The notes under the pieces were generated by a model. It was not told the DNA's origin. It saw nothing but the letters and a program-made list of their open reading frames with translations, and made no database searches. From Thecamonas trahens ATCC 50062 (taxonomy: Eukaryota; Protista; Apusomonadida), in assembly GCF_000142905.1 (NCBI RefSeq), contig NW_013657675.1:186001-250000 (forward strand): a DNA stretch of 64,000 bases, given 5' to 3'. The first letter of the stretch is position 1. Every line of letters starts with the position of its first letter. This document shows, piece by piece, positions 55,596-64,000 of the stretch. Both the position numbers and the translations under genes were made by a program.

Positions 55596-57860
55596 CTACT
55601 CGCCAAGTGCGCGATGGCGCTTGCGGGCGGGCTTCTGCTGAGCATCAGAAGAGGTCGACGCCGAAGAGGCCGAGGTCGTCTCCGAGAACGACGATGACGA
55701 ATCGCCCGAGCCATCACCCGAACCCTCGCCCGAGGCCGAGGCCGAGTCCGAGTCCGACGACAACTGGGCAAACGCATCCGCAGGCGGGCTGGCTGCAGGC
55801 GCAGACGAGGTTGATGACCAGTCGCCCGCGGCAAAGCCATTTGTGCCGTCGTCGTCGTCATCATCATCATCATCCTCAAAGACCATGTCGAGGATGGTCG
55901 TGCCGCTAGCTGAAGGCGCGGCAGCCGCCGGCGCTGCACGCGCCGCCGCCGGCCGCGCGTCAGGCGACCGCGGCTGGTCGTCGGGATGGAGGTGCGGGCG
56001 TGAGGTTGCGGTGAGCTCGCGGAGCTCGCGCGTGATGTGACGGCGGTAGTGCTCGCGGGCGTGGAGGATGGCCGAGTTGACCGCCGGGTCCGGGTGGTAC
56101 GCGATGACAATGTCGTCGACCTCGACGCCGTCAGCGCCCGGGTCGGCCGGCGGCGGTGTTTCACCGCGGAGCGCCTCCTCGCGCTCGGCCAGGTGAATGG
56201 CGGCCTCGCGGGTGAGAATAGCGGCGCGCGTCGGGTCCGGGGTCGAACCCGGCGCAAGAGACTGCCAGTACGGCCGGAGCTCGCGGGCGGCCTCGGTGAT
56301 GGCCTGCAGGCCGATCTCGCGCGGGCGCATGAGGCGCGGGTTAAAGGCCTCGGGCGCGTAGCCGAGAAGGACCCGGACGACCGCCTCCATCGACGCCGAG
56401 ATGGCCGTCAGGTCATACCCGCCCTCGAGGGCAACAACGACCCGGCCGCCAGCGAGTGAGGCGAGCGCGGCGGTCATGTGAGCGTAGCCAAGCGGGGTGA
56501 CGGCGCATCCGCCAAGCGGGTCTCCCTCAGCGGCGTCAAAGCCGGCCGAGATGAACACCAGGTCCGGCGAGAACTGCGAGGCGATGGGCATGACGACGCG
56601 GTGAAAGGCGGCCATGTACTCGGCGTCGCCCATGTCGCCGTCGTTCCATGCCACGTTGACGTTGTACCCGGTCCCGCGCCCCGCGCCCACATAATCGGGC
56701 TGCCCATCGGGCTGCGACGGAAAGAACGTGCCGTAGTCGTGCCGGTGAAGTGAGATGTAGAGCACGTTCTTCGACTCATAAAACATGTTCTGCGTCCCGT
56801 TGCCGTGGTGCACGTCCCAGTCGAGGATGAGGACTCGCGAGATGTGCGGGTACTCGAGCGCCTTGGCCGCCGCAACCGCAACGTTGTTGAAGAAGCAGAA
56901 ACCCATGGCGCAATTGGGCTCGGCGTGGTGGCCCGGCGGGCGAATGAGCGCAAAGCCGTTGCGAAGGTGGCCCTCGGCCACCGACTGCGTCACCTGCAGT
57001 AGCGAGCCGGCAGACGTCAGCGCCGCCGTCACCGACGCCTCGTTCATGTAGATCGAGTTGTACAGCGACGCCGCAAACATCCGCTGCCGATTCGACGCTT
57101 CCAGGAGCATGAACATGACCTCGAGGTGGTTGGCGGTGTGGACCCGTCGGAGCTCGCGCCACCGCGCTGCGCGCGCAGGCACCCGCACGCAGTGCTTCAG
57201 CAGACCCGCGCCCTTGAGCCGCTGGTAGATCTGCAGAATCCGCTGCGGCGCCTCGGGATGCGGCGCAATCGGATCAAAGTGGTCCATCATGCTCTCGTCG
57301 TACACGTACCCGGTTGGCTTGACCGGCACAGGCACATACTGCGTGTAGAGCGACGGCTGCAGGATGGCCTGCTCCGCGGCCTGGCTCGCCGCATCCGCCC
57401 TTCGCTGTGTACGCCGTCCGCTGCCATATCCATTCTCCTCTAGCATTCGCCCGGTCCCGGCGTTCTCGTCAAAGCTAAGCGCCTCGCCGAGCTTGGACAG
57501 GAACTGCGAGTTGGCCACAGAGTCGCGCTCTTCCACAAAGTCCTTCTCATCATAGCTGGCCACGGTGAGCATGCCGCCCGGCTGAACGATCGGCCCGCCG
57601 GTGCTCACGATGTCAGCGCCCGGATCCTCACCTCGGCGAAGCGACCGCAGCTGCCGCCGCTCCTGCCGGCTCAGCCCGCCGGTGACGTCGACATCGACTG
57701 CATCGTCGTCGCCGCCGCCTTCGGCACGGGCCACGAGCGACGAAGTGTCGGCTGTCTTGAGTTTGCGGCGCTTCCGCTTCCGCTTCCGCTTCCGCTTCCG
57801 CTTACCGCGCTTGCGCTTGCGTGAGTTCTGCGACGAGGAAGACGACGACGACGATGACGA

Positions 57861-57893
<33 letters not shown>

Positions 57894-58763
57894 TGATGAT
57901 GATGACGACGATGACGATGATGCCGGTGAATTGTCACCATTAAAACCAAAAGCAGCGTCGTCACGAGGCGAGTCACCCGAGTCGCCGGACGACGGCTCGG
58001 AAAAGTGGTGGTTACGCGGCGCCGAGGAGAGGCCGACCACCAGCTCGCCGTCGTTGTCATCGTCGTCGTCGCACGAGGTCAAGCTGTCGACGACCGGGTG
58101 GCGATGGCTCGCCACATCGGCCTCAAGCTCGGCATCCGGATCCGTCTCAAGCGACTCTTCTCCGGGAAGCTGGTAGAGGATGGCGCCCTCGTCGGGTGAG
58201 CCGGTGAACGAGGCCACGTCGATGATCTCCTCCTCGTCGTCCGAATCAGACTCGCTCTGGCCCATTCCGTCATCGGAAAAAGCAAGCAAGTCGTGGATCC
58301 CGATCGAGTTCTCGGCCTGCTCCACCTCTTCCTCCTCTTCGACCGCAGCCGCCGCCGCCAGCGCAACAGCCACGTACGCCGCGTCTTCATCGTCATCACC
58401 ATCACCATCATCATCATCATCATCATCCGACAACCATGCCTGCATGTGGCCGGCAGCCTTTGCCTCTTGGCCGCCACCAGTCGATCGACCGCTTCCTGCG
58501 GCAGCGTTGCCAGCCCCTGCGGGCGCCGCGGGTGCACCGGTGGAGCTTGCGCCGCCTGCAGGCGATCTGTGGGCTCTCAACGGGGAGCCATGGGCTGGGA
58601 AAGGAGGAGGAGGAGGAGGAGGAGGAGTGAGCGAGGGAAGGGTGGAGCAGTGGGGGAAAGGGGGGGGGGGGGGGAGGGGGAGGGGGGGGGGGGGGGCGGT
58701 ACTGCTGGTGTGCGGCGTGGCTGTCTCTGGTGCAGCCTCTGCATCCATCCAGCGGGTGGTCAT
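55596..58763 (-). CDS. Class II histone deacetylase (Hda1/Clr3/HDAC6-10 type) with long acidic, Ser-rich N-terminus
   Basis: HPEAPQRI, RPPGHHAE, GFCFFNNVA, DWDVHHGNGTQ, SAGFDAAEGDPLGG, LEGGY. Start uncertain: ATG 58445, or upstream across a probable C-rich intron at about 58560-58701. Confidence 0.93.
57769..57921. repeat. Coding (CGCTTC)n and (GAC/GAT)n repeats encoding poly-(KR) and poly-Ser in the HDAC
   Basis: Seen directly. Confidence 0.9.
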
Positions 58764-58827
58764 GGGCGGCAGGTAGTGGGGACGGGGTGAGGGGTGTGGG
58801 AAGAGGGCTGGACGGAGAAAGGGGTTG

Positions 58828-58927
58828 NNNNNNNNNNNNNNNNNNNNNNNNNNNNNNNNNNNNNNNNNNNNNNNNNNNNNNNNNNNNNNNNNNNNNNNNN
58901 NNNNNNNNNNNNNNNNNNNNNNNNNNN
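58828..58927. other. Assembly gap (N run)
   Basis: 100 Ns flanked by G-rich tracts. Confidence 1.
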
Positions 58928-60101
58928 GGGGTCCTCCGTGAGTCGAGTGTGTGTCGGAGGAAGCTGAGCGGGGGGGCGGGGGGGGGCTAGAGCGGGGGAA
59001 GGGGGGGGGGGACGGCTGGTGACTGGTGAATGGTGGCTGGCTGGTGACTGGTGGTGGCTGGTTGGCATGTCACTCAGTTCACTTTACGGCGCGTGGATGG
59101 GGAGGAGGGGCTAGCGGCGACGGCGCGATCGGGTCCGTCGAGAGTGCGAGTGGCGGGTTGCGCGACGGCGTCCGATGCGGTTGGCATGAAAGTGCGGATT
59201 GCGGGTCGCGGTGTGGCAGACGCTGATGTGACGGGCGGCGGTCATCCTCGGCCTTGCGGCGGGCAACGACTGCCGACGAGCGCGAGGCGCGGGCTAAGGA
59301 TGCCCGCTGTTGATGTTGTACGGCTGGATGAATCGCGGCGCAGCCCGTGCCCGATGGCGGCAAACTCGGCACGGTCCTCCTCGCCCGCGAGGATGTACAA
59401 TACCACGCGCCCGCCTGCAAACTCGCACTCGGGATACGCGGCGTGGATGGCATCGTAGACTGCCATCTCACGGCGCGCCCACATCCGCTTCCTCTGCTCG
59501 CGCGCTGCATACCCCCTGCCGACAGACCTGCCTTTGCTGTACCTGCAGATGGAAGCAGTGGCGGCAGCGCCCAATCCCAGCCCAATGCTGCTCGCACGAG
59601 GTACCGTGAATGGAGTCAGGTGCAGTCAACGAGTTGGAAAAACCACACAGTTTGGCGCGGCCGCCCGCGCGCCAAGAGCAAAGTCCCATAAATACCCAGT
59701 GCCGGGTTCATCGAGGTGTTTGCGCTGCCTACAACTCTGGACACTGTTGCCTGGGTGTCAGGGGGGGGGGGAGGGGGCGTGCAAGGGCATACATCCCATC
59801 GCCCATGCAGGAGATGCGAAGCAGACGTGCAAAGAAACACATAGTCGTGATCTTTGATTGAACACTCTCCTCCCGTCGGAAACGCGTACAGAAACCGATA
59901 GTCATCGCCGCAGCTTGTCTTTGTCATCCCACCACCAACCTATGTTGATCTCCTCGAGAAAGAGTACTGACCAGCTGAGCTCGCCTGTACCACCAAGCTA
60001 TTTAAGGTGTTGCCGCAGTGAACGGAATCGAGACGGCAGCAGGTGGCTAGGCCTTGCTTAGCCTTTTCGTTAAGCATGTTGACCCAAAATTGCAGTCCAC
60101 G

Positions 60102-60119
60102 CCCGGTCACGTGACCGGG
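60102..60119. promoter_or_regulatory. Perfect 18-bp palindrome with extended E-box (CCCGGTCACGTGACCGGG)
   Basis: Self-complementary sequence about 160 bp upstream of the Amt ATG; function inferred. Confidence 0.45.
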
Positions 60120-60279
60120 ACGGTGCCCGGCGGCGAGGTAGGGGCGCGTCACCACGGCGGCAACCGGCGACAGCTTGCAGAAGACTGCACTCTCCCTACT
60201 CCTCGCCTCCCGGTCACCGACACTACCTCCCCTCTTCCCCCTCTCCCTTCCCCGCTAGGTACAGAAGAACCCTGTCGCC

Positions 60280-61767
60280 ATGGTGGACGCGGACACGGCG
60301 ACTAAGCTCATCCAGAACTGCACGCCCAACCTCGCCGACTCGGCGTTCATGGCTTGGGCAGCGGCGCAGGTGTTTGTCATGATTCCTGCGCTGGCCATGT
60401 TTGAGGGTGGACTGGTGCGATCGAAGAACGTGCTCTCGCTCTTTGCGCAGATTTTTGTCGGCCTTGCAGTGCTCTCGGTCATGTTCTTCCTCGTGGGATT
60501 CTCGCTCATCTTTGGCGACGACAAGGGCGGCTTCATCGGCGGGCTCGACTATGTGGCGCTCAAGGGCTTTGATCCCTCGACCTGCTTTGGCCGCGTCGCC
60601 ACCCTGCCGTCGACGCTCTACGCGCTGTACGAGTGCATGTTTGCGGTCATCACGCCGCTGCTCATCACTGGCGCCTTTGCCGAGCGACTGACCTTTCGCG
60701 CGTACGTGGTCTTCATCGTGGTGTGGGAGCTGACCGTGTACTATCCGGTGGCGCACTGGATCTGGGGCGGCGGGTGGCTGATGCAGCGTGGCGCGCTGGA
60801 CTTTGCGGGCGGCATTGTGGTCCACACCACGGCTGGCGCCGCCGCGCTTGTCACTGCGGTCATGCTCGGCGCGCGCGCCGGGCACGGCGTCTCGCACGCT
60901 CTCAAGCCGCATTCGGTCCCGCTGACCATGATTGGTGGTGGCCTGCTGTGGTTTGGCTGGTTTGGCTTCAACGGCGGCTCGGCATACCGGTCCGGCGGCG
61001 ACGCAGCGTCTGCCACGCTCAACACCCACATTGCGGCGTCGGCATGCGGCGTGGTGTGGCTGCTCATCTCGTGGAAGCGCGAGGGTCGCCCGCACACCGT
61101 CGACGTTATGAACGGCATCATCGCCGGCCTTGCCGGCATCACACCTGTGGCCGGCTACTGCTCACCAGTGGCAGCGCTCGTCATTGGCATCGTCCTCGGC
61201 CTCCTCGCCGACGGCGCAGTCATCCTGCTCACCGACGTCCTGCACATCGACGATGCGCTGGAGGTCTCGGCCGTCCACGGCGCGACCGGGCTCATCGGCT
61301 CGCTGGCGACAGGCTTTGTGGCGTCGTCCACCTACTCGGATGCCGTGACCAATGAGGGCCTCTTTATCCATGGCGGAAGCGGCAAGCTGCTCGGTGAGCA
61401 GGTGCTCGCCGTTGTGGTCACGCTCGCATGGTCGGGCGTCTGGTCGTGGATCATCTTCGCCTTTATCGAAAGGGTGCTCGGTTGGGACCTGCGGGTCTCT
61501 GCTGCCGAGGAGGACGAAGGCCTCGACGTCGGCCAGCACGAGGGCCACGCATACCTCTTCTCACGACTCGCCATCTACGAGGAGGTCTTCCCAGAGGAGG
61601 AGACGCCGCCGCCGTCGATTTTCACCACCGCGCGCTCGCGCTCGCAAATGCGCCGCGACCACTACCACGGGCCGACCTCGATCTACACCTCGGTCGACAC
61701 GCCGCTGTTCTCGTCGGTCAACGGCTCGCTTCGCGACGCGTCGCGGACGCGCTCCATGCACGTGTAA
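60280..61767 (+). CDS. amt: Ammonium transporter (Amt/Mep, AmtB-like)
   Basis: MFAVITPLLITGAFAER, DFAGGIVVH, LLWFGWFGFNGGS, DDALEVSAVHG; twin-His motif intact. Confidence 0.95.
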   Translation: MVDADTATKLIQNCTPNLADSAFMAWAAAQVFVMIPALAMFEGGLVRSKNVLSLFAQIFVGLAVLSVMFFLVGFSLIFGDDKGGFIGGLDYVALKGFDPSTCFGRVATLPSTLYALYECMFAVITPLLITGAFAERLTFRAYVVFIVVWELTVYYPVAHWIWGGGWLMQRGALDFAGGIVVHTTAGAAALVTAVMLGARAGHGVSHALKPHSVPLTMIGGGLLWFGWFGFNGGSAYRSGGDAASATLNTHIAASACGVVWLLISWKREGRPHTVDVMNGIIAGLAGITPVAGYCSPVAALVIGIVLGLLADGAVILLTDVLHIDDALEVSAVHGATGLIGSLATGFVASSTYSDAVTNEGLFIHGGSGKLLGEQVLAVVVTLAWSGVWSWIIFAFIERVLGWDLRVSAAEEDEGLDVGQHEGHAYLFSRLAIYEEVFPEEETPPPSIFTTARSRSQMRRDHYHGPTSIYTSVDTPLFSSVNGSLRDASRTRSMHV

Positions 61768-61775
61768 AAGCAAAC

Positions 61776-62899
61776 TCATTGCTTGCTCTTCTTTGCCGGC
61801 GAGTCGTCGAGGTCGAGGTCGAGGTCGAGGTCCATGTCGAGGTCCGGCTTGCGGCGGCGGCGACGGCGGCGCCCGGCCGGGCCGCTGGCGCCCGAGCTCG
61901 ACACGGCGCCCGGCGTGCCCGACGACTCGTTGCCAGATTCGGCAGCGACAGCTGCGACGCCACTCGGCTTGGCCTTTGTGAGCGAGACCCGCATCGGAAC
62001 CGGCTCGTTATCGACATCGCTCGCAGCTGCGGCGACGGGCGTGGCCAGCTGACGGGCATCGACCATGCCGACCTGGCGAGCGAACGCCGGCGGGAGCGGC
62101 TTGGCAAACGCGCTCACCCGCATGTGCTCCGGCTGCGGGTTCGGCGGGCGGTGGACGCCAAATGGACTGGCGCCCTGGGTGTAGCTCATCCGCTGGACCA
62201 TGCCAAGAACGAGGTCCATGTCAAGCCCGGAACCATCACAGAGCGTATCCACCAGCGTGTCTGCGCTCCCGCCCTTGCCCACCTGCCTCACCAGCGGGCG
62301 CGCCGCCCGGTCAGGTGCGGCATCAGGCCGGGTGATGTGCGGGTGTGTGGCGTGGACCGTCTCCGTCACCGCTGGCAGTGCCGTCAGCACCTCTGCCGAC
62401 GTCGCCGCCACCATCGCCCGCGCCTTGGACGACGTCTCCCGCAGCGCCCGCTTGAGCAAATAAGCTCTCCGGACCCGTTCAACTACTCCGTGCCGCCGAC
62501 CCCCCCCCGCCCCAGTCCCAATCCCCCCGTCGCATATGACCATGTCCCAGCACCGGTATCAGCCCCCTGTAAGTCCTCCTCCTCCCCCTCCCTCCCCCCC
62601 TCCCTCCTCCTTTCCCTCCCCAACCTACCTCTCGCCACCTCGGTCTGCAGCGCAGCATCTGTTCGTAGGATGTCGGTGACGAGGGCCAGCATGGCCTCGT
62701 CCGTTGGTGTTGGCCCAATGCCCTCAGCGGCGGCACGGAGAGCGGCAAAGTAGCCATTGAGGGCAGCGGCGAGGGCAGCTAGCGCTGCACGGGCTGCGCG
62801 GGTGCTGCTCCCACCGCCACCCATATCGCCTCCTGCCCGACTGCCCTCGCTTGCGCCCACCACTGCCACCCCCACGCCACTTGCCTCTGTCTGCGACAT
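61776..62899 (-). CDS. MED4: Mediator subunit 4-like; exons 62899-62629 and 62482-61776
   Basis: Coiled N-terminus, then LVLGMVQRMSYTQGASP...RPPNPQPEHMRVSAF resembling Med4 L..YA.RIS.T..AP...P.P....MR. Phase-1 intron joins the two ORFs in frame. Confidence 0.7.
62483..62628 (-). other. Spliceosomal intron (146 nt, phase 1, purine-rich)
   Basis: GTAGGT donor and GAGTAG acceptor; removal gives ...TEVAR-V-ERVRR in frame. Confidence 0.7.
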
Positions 62900-62969
62900 G
62901 CCCTCCCGTCACAAGTCGAGTGTCCGTCACCGCGCCGCCGCCGCCACCGCCACCGCCACCGCCACCGCG

Positions 62970-64000
62970 CTACGCTCTCTCTCCGTCGCATGCCATGCGC
63001 GATACACATCGCATCACATCCTGCCATTTACTACCCCTCGGCAGTAAAGTAGTGGGCCGTGCCCGAGTCCGAGTCGGACGCTGACCAGTCTGACGACGTC
63101 TTGCCATGCCGGCTGGCGCTATGCCGGCTGGTCGCCCGCCGACGCCGGCTGGTCCGACGTCCGCTGGTCCGACGCCGACTGGTGCGATGCGAGCTAGCTG
63201 CCTCGCCCTCACGCCGCCGCCGCTTTTCTTGCGGCTGGCTCGCGGCGATCCTGGGAGCGAGGCGGTAACGGGAGCAGCGAGGTCTGCGGACCGAGTGCGC
63301 GAGGCCGACGTCGCCGATACCGGACGGTCACTGCAGCGACGGCGGTGCGGGCGACTGGCGGACTTCACCTCGGGCTCGTACTTCATCTCAGGTTCGGACT
63401 CAGATACGAGCCTAGCCAGAGCGGCGTCGTCGCTCGCACGGGTGTCGCCCGCCTCGTTGTACGGCTCGTTGGCGCGCCAGGCCTCGATGGCGGTAAACGA
63501 AGCCTCGATGCCGGCGGAGAAAGGGACAAAATCACGGTGGAGATCGGCGGTGCCGCCGAGCTCGTGCGGGAGCTGCGAGGCGAGGATGTGCTCTTGTAGC
63601 TCGGCCTGGTAGTTGTCGGTGAGAAAATGGACCTTGGCGCGGGTGGAGGCGTCAAGGAATGGCTTGGCGAGAGCCCAGAGGACCTTGAAGACCCGGCCGG
63701 CGTTGATGATGTATGCCGCGCCGAGGCGCTCGGGGTAGATGGCCTGCAGCGAGAGAAAGCCCTTTGCGCCTGCACGATCGAGGTTGGACCATCCAAAGTC
63801 AGCATAGTCTGCAATCATAGTGACCTGCTGGACCGGGGCACCCGGATAGAGCTCGTGCCGCTCGGCGTACTCCATCATGAACATGTTGGTCGCCATGTAC
63901 TGATCGAGCGGCGAGATGGAGCTTTTGTGACGCTTGTTGACAAACCAGGAGACAACCCGCCCGGCCTTATCGCGCCCGAGGGGATGGACCTTGTCTGTGG
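62970..64000 (-). CDS. CRAL-TRIO/Sec14 lipid-binding protein, 5'-truncated
   Basis: GRDKAGRVV, IADYADFGWSNLD, QAIYPERLGAAYIINA, LWALAKPFLDASTRAKVHF, LPHELGG. Confidence 0.92.
   Translation of the reverse strand, partial: TDKVHPLGRDKAGRVVSWFVNKRHKSSISPLDQYMATNMFMMEYAERHELYPGAPVQQVTMIADYADFGWSNLDRAGAKGFLSLQAIYPERLGAAYIINAGRVFKVLWALAKPFLDASTRAKVHFLTDNYQAELQEHILASQLPHELGGTADLHRDFVPFSAGIEASFTAIEAWRANEPYNEAGDTRASDDAALARLVSESEPEMKYEPEVKSASRPHRRRCSDRPVSATSASRTRSADLAAPVTASLPGSPRASRKKSGGGVRARQLARIAPVGVGPADVGPAGVGGRPAGIAPAGMARRRQTGQRPTRTRARPTTLLPRGSKWQDVMRCVSRMACDGERA

Noticed and set aside
12998-62899. MED12 and MED4 as a functional cluster
   Set aside because: About 45 kb apart with many unrelated genes between; likely coincidence.
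1-64000. Hundreds of overlapping alternative-frame and antisense ORFs
   Set aside because: Expected shadow ORFs in GC-rich DNA; Arg/Ser/Pro-rich with no motifs, opposite well-supported genes.

Overview
Very gene-dense, GC-rich, intron-poor eukaryotic nuclear DNA, not prokaryotic. Evidence: GT-AG spliceosomal introns, Mediator subunits, a class II HDAC, a bHLH factor and the flagellar protein CCDC146/MBO2. The style (C/G-ending codons, tiny intergenic gaps, poly-C/G tracts, 100-N gaps) suggests a heterotrophic flagellate such as an apusomonad; this is inference only. About 26 protein-coding genes are supported: SAPS/PP6R (partial), mitochondrial thiolase, bHLH-ZIP, ZC2HC1-like, PAQR, MscS-like channel, C2 protein, Med12, divergent CK2-alpha, CCDC146, ZZ+DUF4476, TBC RabGAP, WHEP-AspRS, PH/acidic-repeat protein, tandem F-box/ankyrin, ABC-ATPase, HDAC, Amt, Med4, CRAL-TRIO (partial) and several hypotheticals. 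No rRNA, tRNA, CRISPR or transposon was recognised. Highlights: (1) a ~4,830-aa signal-peptide protein with a bacterial giant-adhesin/RTX-like ectodomain fused to a multi-pass membrane domain, split by two one-base lesions; (2) a hidden ~79-aa Mim1/Tom13-like mitochondrial insertase seen only after a one-base correction; (3) an E2F/DP-like winged-helix micro-ORF; (4) AspRS with an N-terminal WHEP domain; (5) a strongly divergent CK2-alpha. Four apparent single-base deletions in short homopolymers are most likely sequencing errors. All family assignments come from motif recognition by eye; no searches were run.
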